Counted from the stretch's first letter, positions 18,657 through 28,103 are shown. The stretch is DNA of 64,000 nt from Solirubrobacterales bacterium (GCA_020438425.1 JAGQUQ010000001.1:50277-114276), one strand, 5' to 3'. Notes: generated by a model not told the origin, from the letters alone. Program-made: numbers and translations.

Positions 18657-19457
18657 TCAACGTTTGTCTGTCTGGCCCTGGGCCAGCGAGTCGGCGGCGT
18701 TCTGGCCGGCCGACCCGGACTGGACCCGATGGGAAATGTGGGGACTCATCAGGCCGACGTGGGCCATGGTGCGCTGGACGATCGGTGCGACCGCGATCTC
18801 GACCCGGTTCGAATCGACCGCCTTGAGGACCGCGTCGGCGACCTTCTCGGGGGTTGTCGTACCCAGGCCGGGAGGAGCATCGGCACCGGAGTCGGCGAAC
18901 ATGCCGGCCTCGCGAACGAAGCCGGGGGCGACCAGGGTCGTGCCGACCGGAGACCCGGCCAGGTCGGCGGCAAGACCGAAGACGAATCCGCGCAAGCCGA
19001 ACTTGGTCGCGTTGTAGATGGAAGACCTGGGGCTGCCCGCCTTGCCCGCCAGCGAGCCGATCATGATCAGCTTGCCCTGGCCGCGCTCCAGCATGCCGGG
19101 CAGGAGGGCCTGGGCGAGCAGGATCGGTGCCTCGAGATTGATCCTGAGCATCCGGGCGACCTGTTCGTCGGTCAAATCGGTGATGCGGCCGGTACTTGGC
19201 AGAGCGGCATTGGCGACCAGGATGTCCACTTCGCCGGCCCCGGCAGCCAGTTCAAGCGCGGCGCCGGGCTGGCCGAGATCTGCGGCGAGTACTGCGTGGC
19301 CTTGGCCCGGAAGGGTCGAGGCCAGATCCTCAAGCGCCTCGGACGAGCGGCCGGAAAGGGTCAGCTTGCCGCCGGCTGCCGCGAGCATGCCGGCAATCGA
19401 GCGGCCGATACCTCCGGTCGCACCGGTGAGAAGCACCTTCTTGTCGGCAATTTCCAC
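18657..19457 (-). CDS. Short-chain dehydrogenase/reductase family oxidoreductase
   Basis: 266-aa ORF with [12 protein letters not shown] (TGxxxGxG) and [11 protein letters not shown] (YxxxK). It lies 31 nt upstream of acnA on the same strand. Confidence 0.8.
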   Translation of the reverse strand: MEIADKKVLLTGATGGIGRSIAGMLAAAGGKLTLSGRSSEALEDLASTLPGQGHAVLAADLGQPGAALELAAGAGEVDILVANAALPSTGRITDLTDEQVARMLRINLEAPILLAQALLPGMLERGQGKLIMIGSLAGKAGSPRSSIYNATKFGLRGFVFGLAADLAGSPVGTTLVAPGFVREAGMFADSGADAPPGLGTTTPEKVADAVLKAVDSNRVEIAVAPIVQRTMAHVGLMSPHISHRVQSGSAGQNAADSLAQGQTDKR

Positions 19458-19573
19458 CAGTCAAACCTACCACCGGGATTGGCCTTAGCCTGCCCAAAGT
19501 CCGCTTGCGACGCGGAAATCCGTGTACCCCATGTTTTCGGAAATTGCAGGGATAAACAAAGGGATCGGGGGGT

Positions 19574-19606
19574 TTGTTAGCGAATGACATGCAGATCGTC
19601 TATTAT
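19574..19606 (+). promoter_or_regulatory. Candidate promoter of the riboswitch-hydrolase transcript
   Basis: A good -10 TATTAT sits at 19601-19606, about 15 nt before the riboswitch. The -35 is poor: TTAGCG at an 18-nt spacing, or TTGTTA at 21 nt. Confidence 0.3.
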
Positions 19607-19620
19607 CTCGCAAGTTCATA

Positions 19621-19765
19621 ACCGAAGACGCCGAATCCCGAATCACTCTGTGACCGGGAGCGGGGGAACCAAGTTTCTGGGGCGAACCCACTGAATCAGG
19701 TGGGGGCGCGGCTCCTAAAGCGCCAGCCCGACAGCTAACCCCGTAGGCCGACCAAGGAGTTCGGT
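19621..19765 (+). promoter_or_regulatory. ydaO/yuaA-class cyclic-di-AMP riboswitch
   Basis: It contains the conserved blocks of the class in order: CGCCGAAUC, GAGCGGGGGAACCAA, GGGGCGAACCC, CCCGACAGCUAACCCCGUAGGCCGA. An outer helix pairs ACCGAA (19621-19626) with UUCGGU (19760-19765). The 3' arm of that helix abuts the AAGGAG Shine-Dalgarno at 19754-19759. Confidence 0.85.
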
Positions 19766-20368
19766 ATCTACCCGTCGCGCACAATTCAGTCGTTTCGCAG
19801 TGTTAACGCCCTCAGGGCAATCTCTTTCGCCGCCGTACTGGCAGCACTGACCTTCATCTCGCTTTCCGCCTTTGCCTCGCCGGCTCAGGCCAATGGCTGC
19901 AAGGACGCCTCGAGTGGTGGTCTCACCCTCGCCCCGGCCGACTGCAAGCCGGTCAAGAAGGCCCGCCTGATCCGCGGCATCGCCTACGCCCCCAGCTCGG
20001 CCCCCGCCGCAGTCAAGAAGGCGATCGAAGCCGCCAACAAGATCCGCCTCAAGCCGTACGTGTACGGCGGAGGACACGGGATCAGCCGCAAGCTCGACCG
20101 CGGGTATGACTGCTCGGGTTCGGTCAGCTACGCGCTCCGCGCCGCCGGCCTGCTCCGCTACCCGATGCCTTCCGGCAGCTTCATGCGCTGGCAGCGCCCC
20201 GGGCTCGGCAAGTGGATCACGACTTACGCGAACGGTGGCCACATGTACATGGTCATCGCCGGTCTCTCTTTCGACACCTCGAACATGAGCTCCACCGGTG
20301 GCAACCGCTGGAGCACCTCGATCCGGTCGTCGCGCGGGTTCAGTCCCAGGCACCCCAACGGCTTCTAG
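19766..20368 (+). CDS. Secreted NlpC/P60-like cell-wall hydrolase; start codon uncertain and apparently non-canonical
   Basis: The track ORF begins at GTG 20060. The frame is open from 19739 and upstream encodes an obvious signal peptide (RTIQSFRSVNALRAISFAAVLAALTFISLSAFASPAQA/NGCKD). The catalytic-type motif is YVYGGGHG...GYDCSGSVSYALRAAGL, with the His in GGHMYMVIAG. The best start candidate is ATC 19766, 6 nt after AAGGAG. ATT 19784 is the alternative. Confidence 0.7.
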   Translation: MYPSRTIQSFRSVNALRAISFAAVLAALTFISLSAFASPAQANGCKDASSGGLTLAPADCKPVKKARLIRGIAYAPSSAPAAVKKAIEAANKIRLKPYVYGGGHGISRKLDRGYDCSGSVSYALRAAGLLRYPMPSGSFMRWQRPGLGKWITTYANGGHMYMVIAGLSFDTSNMSSTGGNRWSTSIRSSRGFSPRHPNGF

Positions 20369-20391
20369 TACGCCGACACAGCAGATTCACC

Positions 20392-20421
20392 CGAAACGCC
20401 CCGCCGGGGCGTTTCGTCTTT
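20392..20421 (+). terminator. Rho-independent terminator after the hydrolase gene
   Basis: An 11-bp GC-rich stem, cgaaacgcccc (20392-20402) / ggggcgtttcg (20406-20416), is followed by TCTTT. Confidence 0.7.
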
Positions 20422-20471
20422 AAGCCGCATCTGGCCGCCGGGCAAGACGGTTGCGGTTCTATGATCGGCCG

Positions 20472-21443
20472 ATGGAGAACCGCAAGCTGGGCAGAGAAGG
20501 TCTCGAAGTTTCCGCGATCGGGCTGGGCTGCATGGGAATGTCCGAGTTCTACGGTGACGGCGAGGAGTCGGAATCGATCGCCACGATCCACCGGGCCCTG
20601 GAGATCGGGGTGAACTTCCTCGACACGGCCGACATGTACGGGCCCTGGACCAACGAGGAACTGGTCGGCAGGGCGATTGCCGACCGTCGCGACAAGGTCG
20701 TCCTTGCGACCAAGTTCGGCATCGTCAGGGGCGACGACCCCCGCGACCGGCACGTGAACGGCAGGCCCGAGTACGTGCGCGAGTCGATCGACGGCTCGCT
20801 CAAGCGGCTGGGGGTCGATCACATCGACCTCTACTACCAGCACCGGGTCGACAAGACCGTGCCGATCGAAGAGACGGTCGGGGCGATGGCCGAACTGGTC
20901 GAAGCCGGCAAGGTGCGGTACCTCGGGCTTTCCGAAGCATCGGCCGAAAACATCCGCAAGGCGAACTCGGTCCATCCCATCTCGGCGCTTCAGACCGAGT
21001 TCTCGCTTTTCGAACGGGGAGCCACCGAGAAAGTGATCCCGACCCTGAAGGAGCTCGGGATCGGCTTTGTCCCCTACTCCCCGCTCGGTCGCGGGTTTCT
21101 GACCGGGCGGTTCCGGTCCGGCGCCGATTTCGGCAGCGGAGACTTCCGCGAACACGACCCCCGGATGAGCGAGGAGAACATGGCGGCAAACCTGGCGATC
21201 GTCGAGAAGATCGAGGAGATCGCCGGCAAGCATGAAGTCAGCCCGGCCCAGCTGGCGATCGCCTGGGTCCTTGCCCAGTCCGACGACTTCGTACCGATCC
21301 CCGGAACCAAGAAGGTGACCCGGCTCGAAGAGAATGCCGCCTCCGCGGAGATCGTCCTCAGCGACGCGGAGCTGGCCGACCTCGACGCGCTGCCCCGGCC
21401 GCAGGGCGAGCGCTACGCCAACATGAGCTCGATCGATGAGTGA
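20472..21443 (+). CDS. Aldo/keto reductase
   Basis: The track ORF 20451-21443 starts at TTG. ATG 20472 gives [24 protein letters not shown], a classic AKR N-terminus. Further matches are FLDTADMYG and [10 protein letters not shown]. Confidence 0.85.
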   Translation: MENRKLGREGLEVSAIGLGCMGMSEFYGDGEESESIATIHRALEIGVNFLDTADMYGPWTNEELVGRAIADRRDKVVLATKFGIVRGDDPRDRHVNGRPEYVRESIDGSLKRLGVDHIDLYYQHRVDKTVPIEETVGAMAELVEAGKVRYLGLSEASAENIRKANSVHPISALQTEFSLFERGATEKVIPTLKELGIGFVPYSPLGRGFLTGRFRSGADFGSGDFREHDPRMSEENMAANLAIVEKIEEIAGKHEVSPAQLAIAWVLAQSDDFVPIPGTKKVTRLEENAASAEIVLSDAELADLDALPRPQGERYANMSSIDE

Positions 21444-22611
21444 GGCAAACGGATCGGGTCCCTCGATCCCGCCACCCTTCGATCGCGAACACGAAGAGCT
21501 GAGGGAGTCGGTCGGCCGATTCGTGACCAACGAGATCGCCCCGCACGTGGATGAGTGGGAGGACGCCCGCCTCTTTCCCCGTGAGCTCTTCGACCGTTGC
21601 GGCGAACTCGGCTTTCTCGGCCTGAAGTTCCCCGAGGAGTACGGCGGCCAGGGCGGCAGCTATCTCCATGATGCGATCTGGGTCGAGGAACTTTCCCGGC
21701 GCGGAGCATCCGGGGGAGTCGCAGCCGGGATCAATGCCCACGCCTCGATCGCCATGCCCCCGATCTTCAAATTCGGCAACGAGTGGCAGAAGCAGCGCTG
21801 GCTCGTGCCGGGCATCCGGGGCGAGAAGATCGGCGCGCTCGGAATCACCGAACCGGGTGCCGGCTCCGATGTCGCCTCGATCCGGACTTTTGCCCGCAAG
21901 GTTGATGGCGGCTACGTGGTCAACGGTTCCAAGACCTTCATCACCAACGGGGTCCGGGCCGACTTCCTGGTCTGTGCGGTGAAGACCACCGAGGAAGGCG
22001 GCCACGGCGGGATCTCGTTCCTGGTCATCGAGACCGATTCGCCCGGCTACGAGGTCGTGTCGAAGCTGGAGAAGCTCGGCTGGCACGCATCTGACACCGG
22101 CGAGATCTCGTTCACCGACGTCGAAGTCCCCGAGGAGCATCTGCTCGGCGAGGAGAACGAGGGCTTCCGGCTGATCATGGCCAACTTCGCCTGGGAGCGG
22201 CTCCTGATGGCGATCGGTGCGGTCGGCGCGATGGACGGCCTGATCGACGCTTCGCTGGCCTATGCGAACGAGCGGCAGGCCTTCGGCCGATCGATCGGTT
22301 CCTTCCAGGCGATCCGCCACAAGATCGCCGAGATGGCCACCACGGCGGCCGCCTCCAAGACCCTGACCTACGACACCCTGCGCCGGTTCAACGAAGGCGA
22401 GCAGGTGATCCGGGAGGTGTCGATGACCAAACTGATGACCCAGCGGGCCCTGGTCGAAGTGGCCGACGAGGCCCTCCAGATCCACGGCGGTTACGGGTAC
22501 ATGAAGGAGTACGGGATCGAGCGGGCCCTCCGGGATGCCCGGCTCGGACCGATCGGTGGCGGCACCGACGAGATCATGAAAGACATCATCGGCAAGACCT
22601 TTGGCCTCTAG
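21436..22611 (+). CDS. Acyl-CoA dehydrogenase
   Basis: 391-aa ORF with ACAD motifs [13 protein letters not shown], the FITNG region and [23 protein letters not shown]. It overlaps the AKR stop by 8 nt. Confidence 0.9.
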   Translation: MSEANGSGPSIPPPFDREHEELRESVGRFVTNEIAPHVDEWEDARLFPRELFDRCGELGFLGLKFPEEYGGQGGSYLHDAIWVEELSRRGASGGVAAGINAHASIAMPPIFKFGNEWQKQRWLVPGIRGEKIGALGITEPGAGSDVASIRTFARKVDGGYVVNGSKTFITNGVRADFLVCAVKTTEEGGHGGISFLVIETDSPGYEVVSKLEKLGWHASDTGEISFTDVEVPEEHLLGEENEGFRLIMANFAWERLLMAIGAVGAMDGLIDASLAYANERQAFGRSIGSFQAIRHKIAEMATTAAASKTLTYDTLRRFNEGEQVIREVSMTKLMTQRALVEVADEALQIHGGYGYMKEYGIERALRDARLGPIGGGTDEIMKDIIGKTFGL

Positions 22612-22627
22612 CCGGGTTGTAGTTGGA

Positions 22628-23752
22628 GTGGAACGGGAGATCGGCCTGAAGAGAAGGATCCTTGCGATCACTTCCGCGACCCTTATCGGGCTCGCGGCCG
22701 CCCTCGCCTGCGCGACTCCGGCCTCCGCCAACGGCCCCGATCCGGTGAAGCAGTTCTCCGGCCAGGCGGCAACTCCCTATGTGGTGGGCGGAACCGACAC
22801 CAGGGCATCCCGGTTTCCCTGGCAGGTTCTGATCACCGCCAACGGCAATCAGTTCTGTGGCGGGGTCCTGATTCACCCGATGATCGTTCTCACCGCCGCC
22901 CACTGCCTGGTCGATGAAGACGGCGAGTACTTCGAGGACAACGAGTCGATCAGGTTCCGGGCCTTCACCGGAAGGACCCGGCTGAACTCGGGCGGTGAGG
23001 AACTCGACTGGCGGGTCGCCCGGGTGAACCAGAGCTACAACCCGGAGACCGAGACCTTCGACTGGGGGTACATCTCCCTGAACAGTCCTGCCTCCGCCCC
23101 GACCCTGAAGATCGCCGGACCGAGCGAACGGGCGCTCTGGGAAACCGGCCGCAACGCGGTCATTTCCGGCTTCGGGCTGCTGAAGGACGGAGGCAACGGG
23201 GCAACCGAACTCCAGCAGGCTCGCATTCCGATCCTCGCCGACTCCGACTGCAGCCATTACGGCTCGCTCTTCAAGAACGCCTCGATGCTCTGCGCCGGCT
23301 ACCTCACCGGGGGCAGGGACGCCTGCCGGGGCGACAGCGGCGGGCCGCTCAGCGTGACCGCTGACCGCGGTGTTCGCCGGCTGGTCGGCTTGATCAGTAC
23401 CGGCCGGGGCTGCGCGCTCCCGAAGTTTCCGGGCATCTACGCGAGGGTCGCCGATCGCCGGATGAGCGACCGGATCCAGCAGGAGGTCGCGTTCATCGAG
23501 GCCGAGGACGGGTTTCCCGCCACCTACACGGGCTTGAGCGTGATCGGTTCGGGTGCCCGTCCGCTCGGCTGTGAAGCGGCTGAGGATGCTCGAAACGGCG
23601 CCCGCCAGCGGGTAAAGTCGAGTTCGCGGGCCTTGATGGCCGCGCGGAGGACGGGGAATCGCAACCGCGTCATTGCGGCAAAGCGGCGCCTGAACATTGC
23701 CAAGCACCGGCTACTGGTCAGCCGGTCGAAAACGAAGAAGGTCTGCTCTTGA
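22628..23752 (+). CDS. Secreted trypsin-like (S1 family) serine protease with a basic C-terminal tail
   Basis: Motifs are VVGGTDTRASRFPWQVLI, LTAAHC (His) and CRGDSGGPL (Ser). The signal peptide is KRRILAITSATLIGLAAALACATPASA. The track start is TTG 22601; GTG 22628 is my preferred start, and this choice is uncertain. Confidence 0.8.
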   Translation: MEREIGLKRRILAITSATLIGLAAALACATPASANGPDPVKQFSGQAATPYVVGGTDTRASRFPWQVLITANGNQFCGGVLIHPMIVLTAAHCLVDEDGEYFEDNESIRFRAFTGRTRLNSGGEELDWRVARVNQSYNPETETFDWGYISLNSPASAPTLKIAGPSERALWETGRNAVISGFGLLKDGGNGATELQQARIPILADSDCSHYGSLFKNASMLCAGYLTGGRDACRGDSGGPLSVTADRGVRRLVGLISTGRGCALPKFPGIYARVADRRMSDRIQQEVAFIEAEDGFPATYTGLSVIGSGARPLGCEAAEDARNGARQRVKSSSRALMAARRTGNRNRVIAAKRRLNIAKHRLLVSRSKTKKVCS

Positions 23753-25269
23753 ACTCCCGAATTCGGAATCTGGTTTCCCGGCGTCTCCCCCTGATGGTGG
23801 CGGCGTTCGCGCTGGCCGCGCTGGCTGCGGCACCGTCGGCATTCGCCGCTCCGATCAACTCGGCGGCACCCGCTCCTTCGCTGCCCGATTTCTCGGGCAA
23901 GGCGTTCAAGGCCTCACCGATCAAGAGCGCCACGAAGGCCCCGCAGAACCCGTTCATGGCAAAGAACCAGAAGAGCAACATCCACAACGACACCTGGATG
24001 ACCGGCACCTACAGCTGGCCGGGACCGCTGGGCAGGAACCTGGTTACCAATTCCGGTGCCGCCGCGAACGGGATCTGCTCGACGATCGCCTTCGACAGCC
24101 GGGGTCGCATCGTCACGGTCTGCGTATCCACGGTTGCCGCGCCCCAGGCCCGGATCATCGATCCGGACACGCTCGCGGTGCTCGACACCTTCGACCTTCC
24201 CAACACGGACCCGGTCGGTAACTCCCCGGCGTACCAGAACTTTTCGGCCGGCGGCTACTTCTTCCTGAACAACCGGGATCAACTGGTCATCCCGACCCGG
24301 ACCAACCACATCTTCGTACTCGGCCAGACACCGGATGGTTCCGAGTTCCAGCTGGTCAAGGACTACGACCTGACCTCGGTCGTCGATCCGGAGACCGAAC
24401 GGATGAACTCCGCCCTGCCTGACTTTCAGGGGCTGATCTGGTTCGTGGTCAAGCAGACCGGCGAGGTTGGAACCCTGAACACGAAGACCGGCCTGATCCG
24501 CGTGCTTCGCCTGAACGAGGGAATCCAGAACTCCTTCACCGTGGACCGCGGGGCGATCTACGTGGTGACCAGCAAGCGGCTCTACAAGCTCGGCAAGCAG
24601 AAGAACGGCAAGCCGACCGTGAAGTGGAAGGTCAAGTACAGAAACGACGGCAAGATCAAGCCGGGCCAGGCCGACGCCGGGACCGGAACCACGCCCGACA
24701 TCCTCAGCGGCGGCTACGTCACGATCGTTGACAACGCCAACCCGGAGAACATCGTGGTCTACCGGACCGCAGACAAGCTCAAGGGCAAGAAGCGCAAGGT
24801 CTGCGAGGTCCCGGTCTTCAGCCGTAACGGCAGCGCGACCGAAAATTCGCTGATCACCACTGGTCGTTCGATCATCGTCGAGAACAACTACGGCTACACC
24901 GACATCTTCGCGCCGGACGCGAACAAGGTCGTGACGAAGGCCGGCTTCGCCCGGGTGGACGTCCGCAAGGACGGCAAGGGCTGCACCAAGGTCTGGACCA
25001 ACCGGACCGAGCGGGCCCCCTCGGTCGTCCCGAAGATGTCCTCGAAGACGGGACTGATCTACGCCTACACCCGTCCGCCCGATCCGAGTGGTTCGCAGGG
25101 CTACTACTGGTCGGCGATCGACTTCAAGACCGGCAAGACGGCCTGGAACAAGTACGCCGGCTCCGGCTTCTTCTTCAACAACAACTACTCCGGCCTCGGC
25201 CTCGGGCCGGACGGCACGGCCTACGTCGGAGTAATCGGCGGCATCGTCTCCCTGAAGGACGGCAACTGA
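23749..25269 (+). CDS. Secreted protein of unknown function (probably beta-rich/propeller-like)
   Basis: 506-aa ORF. The TTG start overlaps the protease stop (cTTGA). The signal peptide is RRLPLMVAAFALAALAAAPSAFAAP. I recognised no catalytic motif. Confidence 0.6.
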   Translation: MNSRIRNLVSRRLPLMVAAFALAALAAAPSAFAAPINSAAPAPSLPDFSGKAFKASPIKSATKAPQNPFMAKNQKSNIHNDTWMTGTYSWPGPLGRNLVTNSGAAANGICSTIAFDSRGRIVTVCVSTVAAPQARIIDPDTLAVLDTFDLPNTDPVGNSPAYQNFSAGGYFFLNNRDQLVIPTRTNHIFVLGQTPDGSEFQLVKDYDLTSVVDPETERMNSALPDFQGLIWFVVKQTGEVGTLNTKTGLIRVLRLNEGIQNSFTVDRGAIYVVTSKRLYKLGKQKNGKPTVKWKVKYRNDGKIKPGQADAGTGTTPDILSGGYVTIVDNANPENIVVYRTADKLKGKKRKVCEVPVFSRNGSATENSLITTGRSIIVENNYGYTDIFAPDANKVVTKAGFARVDVRKDGKGCTKVWTNRTERAPSVVPKMSSKTGLIYAYTRPPDPSGSQGYYWSAIDFKTGKTAWNKYAGSGFFFNNNYSGLGLGPDGTAYVGVIGGIVSLKDGN

Positions 25270-25308
25270 CAGCCCGGCGAGTCCGGAATGACGGTGCTGA
25301 GTCCGGGA

Positions 25309-25331
25309 TCGTCATGCATAGTGCATGAAAA
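25309..25331. repeat. 23-bp palindromic box, copy 1
   Basis: The sequence is tcgtcatgcatagtgcatgaaaa. Its core TCATGCA-tag-TGCATGA is a perfect 7-bp inverted repeat. It is identical to 25369-25391. Confidence 0.9.
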
Positions 25332-25368
25332 GCCCGATCTCCCGAGAGAGCGATCCTGACGTTCCGAT

Positions 25369-25391
25369 TCGTCATGCATAGTGCATGAAAA
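25369..25391. repeat. 23-bp palindromic box, copy 2
   Basis: This copy is a 23/23 match to copy 1 and lies exactly 60 bp downstream of it. The sequence between and after the boxes is unrelated. Confidence 0.9.
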
Positions 25392-25522
25392 TCCGGGTTC
25401 CGGACCAACCGGAGCCTGCCAGCCGGCGGGACCGACTTTCTCCATCAACCAAGGCTCAACGCGTTTCAGAATAGTTGCAGTTGTCGAGCCACGTGTGAGC
25501 TTTTCTCGGTCAGCATCGAGGC

Positions 25523-26491
25523 ATGGCAAGTACGTGCACCTCCCGGCTGCGATCGACCTGCGTCGAGTTCGCCAAGAAGCAGCATGGCGCTGTTTCGCGT
25601 CAGCAATTGCTGCGGGCAGGCATACCCGGCGGATCAATAGACGGGGCGATTCGACGCGAGTTCCTTTACCCGGCAATCCGAACCGCGTATAGCGTCGGGC
25701 GGCCCGAGCTATCCGAAGCCGGGGTTTGGTCGGCCTGCGTACTCGCAGCAGGGGAAGGTTCCGTACTCGCCGGTCACGCCGCAGCGAAGGCCTGGGGATT
25801 CGAGAAGCGGCACGAGTCGCCGGTTACCGTCCTGCGACCGACAGACGGAGGGGCCCGCAGAACCATGTCGATCAAGGCTCAAGGACACAACCGCCGGGCC
25901 CAGCTCGAGATCCGGCGTTGCGGGTGGCTGCGGGATGAACATGTCACCCGCCAGTTGGGAATTCCGATCCTCCGGATCGAACCTCTGTTGCTGCAGTTGG
26001 CCGGGGATCTGAAAAGCGAGACATTTCAATACATGTTCTGGGAAGCAGACCGGGTAAATGGCCTGAGCGACCGGCAGCTCGAGCAATGCCTGACTCTGAG
26101 TCGGGGCCTTCGAGGCGGTGAAGCATTCAGGCAGGCTGTGGACTCCCGCCTGCCTGACATCAAGGAAGTCCGGTCATTGCTGGAAACCCTCTTGAAGAGC
26201 CTCACTCAAAGAGACGACATCCCGAAGCCGATCGTAAACCGGGATGCCGAAGGGCACCTTGTGGACTTTCGTTGGCCAGGCTACTGGCTGATCGTCGAAA
26301 CCGACGGTTATGAATTCCACCAGGGCCACGGCTCATTCGAACGCGACCGGGAAGCTGACAATGACTTGCGCGCCGCCGGGTGGACGATCCTGCGGTTCAC
26401 CTACCGAATGCTCAAGTACCGGCCAGACTACGTAGTCGCAACCATCCTGAAGGCACTTGCCAACGCCGGCAAGCGCGGCGCCTGGGCCTGA
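25523..26491 (+). CDS. wHTH (AbiEi-like N-terminal domain) plus DUF559 endonuclease-fold protein
   Basis: 322-aa ORF. The N-terminus FAKKQHGAVSRQQLLRAGI...GAIRREFLYPAIRTAYSVG resembles the AbiEi_4-type wHTH. The C-terminus LVDFRWPGYWLIVETDGYEFHQGHGSFERDREADNDLRAAGWTILRFTY is the DUF559 (Vsr/restriction-endonuclease-like) signature. Confidence 0.75.
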   Translation: MASTCTSRLRSTCVEFAKKQHGAVSRQQLLRAGIPGGSIDGAIRREFLYPAIRTAYSVGRPELSEAGVWSACVLAAGEGSVLAGHAAAKAWGFEKRHESPVTVLRPTDGGARRTMSIKAQGHNRRAQLEIRRCGWLRDEHVTRQLGIPILRIEPLLLQLAGDLKSETFQYMFWEADRVNGLSDRQLEQCLTLSRGLRGGEAFRQAVDSRLPDIKEVRSLLETLLKSLTQRDDIPKPIVNRDAEGHLVDFRWPGYWLIVETDGYEFHQGHGSFERDREADNDLRAAGWTILRFTYRMLKYRPDYVVATILKALANAGKRGAWA

Positions 26492-26534
26492 GCCGTAGAT
26501 CAATCTGAGCCGCAGATCCGATCAAGGCCGGATT

Positions 26535-26555
26535 GTCATGCAATATGCATGGAAA
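26535..26555. repeat. Palindromic box, copy 3 (degenerate)
   Basis: The sequence is gtcatgcaatatgcatggaaa, with core CATGCA-ata-TGCATG. It has the same flanking GAT.GTCATGCA....GCATG.AAA pattern as copies 1 and 2. It lies 44 bp after the DUF559 gene stop. Confidence 0.75.
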
Positions 26556-26585
26556 TCGCTTGACTTTTCCGGAACTCGCCGGGGG

Positions 26586-28034
26586 CTACTCGTTGTTGAT
26601 CATCACGTGCTTGATCTGGGTGTAGTCCTCGAGCGAGTACATCGACATGTCCTTGCCGTAGCCGGACTCGTTGTATCCGCCGTGAGGCATCTCGACCGCC
26701 ATCAGGATGTGGTCGTTCACCCAGACGGCACCGAAGCGGAGAGCATTGGTCACCCGCATCGCCCGGCCGACGTCCCGGGTCCAGACCGACGAGGCAAGGC
26801 CGTACTTGGTGCCGTTGGCCCACCTGATCGCCTCTTCCTCGTCGGTGAAGCGCTGGACGGTCATTGCGGGGCCGAAGATCTCGTTCTGAATCAGTTCGTC
26901 TTCCTGCCGGAGGTCGGCGATCACGGTCGGTTCGACGAAGAAGCCGGGCAGGTCCGCCTGTTTGCCGCCGGTCACCAGTTGCGCGTGCGACGGTGCCCGC
27001 TCAATCAGCCCGGTCACATGCTCGAGCTGTTTGGCCGAGTTGACGGGGCCGAGGGTGGTCTCGGCCGCGTCGAGGTCCCCCATTACGTAGCCCTTCGCCT
27101 CGTTGGCGAGACCGTTGACCACTTCGTCATAGACCTTCGGGCCGGCGAGGATGCGGGTCGCCGCCGTGCAGTCCTGGCCGGCGTTGAAGAGCGCGGTACC
27201 GGCGATCGTCTCGTAGACGGTCTCGAGGTCGGCGTCATCAAAGATGATCACCGGGGCCTTGCCACCGAGTTCGAGGTGGACGCGCTTGAGCGAATCGGCG
27301 GCGGCCTTGGCGATCCACTTGCCGGTGCCGATCGAACCGGTCAGTGAGACCATCTTGATGTCCGGGTGGGTGACCAGGGTCGAACCGGCCGGATCACCGT
27401 GACCGCCGATGAAGTTGGTCACGCCGGGCGGGAAGATCTCGGCGCAGATCCGGGCCAGCGTGTGAAGAGTCGAGACCGGGGTCGACTCGGCCGGCTTCAG
27501 GACCAGAGTGTTGCCCGTCGCGAGGGCCGGCCCGAGCTTCCAGGCCGCCATCATCAGCGGATAATTCCATGGCGTGATCTGGGCGACCGGACCGACCGGC
27601 TCGCGCCGGATGAACGAGGTGTGGCCTTCCAGATACTCCATCGCCGCCTTGCCCTCGAGGTTCCGGGCAGCGGTCGCGAAGTAACGAATGTGGTCGGCGG
27701 TGGTGTCGAGTTCCTCGTCGATGAAGGCCTGTCGGGGCTTGCCCGCATCGGCCGACTCGAGGTCGGTCAGTTCATCGCCGTTCTCGATGATCGCGTCGGC
27801 CAGGGCCAGCAGGCGGTCGGATCGTTCCCGCGGGGTCGAGGTCGCCCAGCCGTTCTCGAAGGCGGCCTTGGCCGCTGCGACGGCACGATTCACGTCCTCA
27901 GCCCCCGAGAGCGGGGACTCGGCAATCACCTCGCCGGTCGACGGGTTGATCACTTCCTCCGAGCCGCCGTCGACCGGGTCGACGAACTCGCCATTGATCA
28001 TGTTCTGAAGCCGCAGCTTCTCCGTGATTGCCAT
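26586..28034 (-). CDS. NAD(P)-dependent aldehyde dehydrogenase (aminobutyraldehyde/betaine-aldehyde dehydrogenase-like)
   Basis: The track ORF runs to 28064. ATG 28034 is preceded by AGGAGGA and gives [23 protein letters not shown] motifs are [16 protein letters not shown] (catalytic Glu) and FNAGQDCTA (catalytic Cys). Confidence 0.9.
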   Translation of the reverse strand: MAITEKLRLQNMINGEFVDPVDGGSEEVINPSTGEVIAESPLSGAEDVNRAVAAAKAAFENGWATSTPRERSDRLLALADAIIENGDELTDLESADAGKPRQAFIDEELDTTADHIRYFATAARNLEGKAAMEYLEGHTSFIRREPVGPVAQITPWNYPLMMAAWKLGPALATGNTLVLKPAESTPVSTLHTLARICAEIFPPGVTNFIGGHGDPAGSTLVTHPDIKMVSLTGSIGTGKWIAKAAADSLKRVHLELGGKAPVIIFDDADLETVYETIAGTALFNAGQDCTAATRILAGPKVYDEVVNGLANEAKGYVMGDLDAAETTLGPVNSAKQLEHVTGLIERAPSHAQLVTGGKQADLPGFFVEPTVIADLRQEDELIQNEIFGPAMTVQRFTDEEEAIRWANGTKYGLASSVWTRDVGRAMRVTNALRFGAVWVNDHILMAVEMPHGGYNESGYGKDMSMYSLEDYTQIKHVMINNE

Positions 28035-28103
28035 CTCGCTCCTCCTGCCGCGTGGCCGCGCCACTCGGCAACCTCGTTTGACTGACTGGTCCGGCGGGTC
28101 TGT

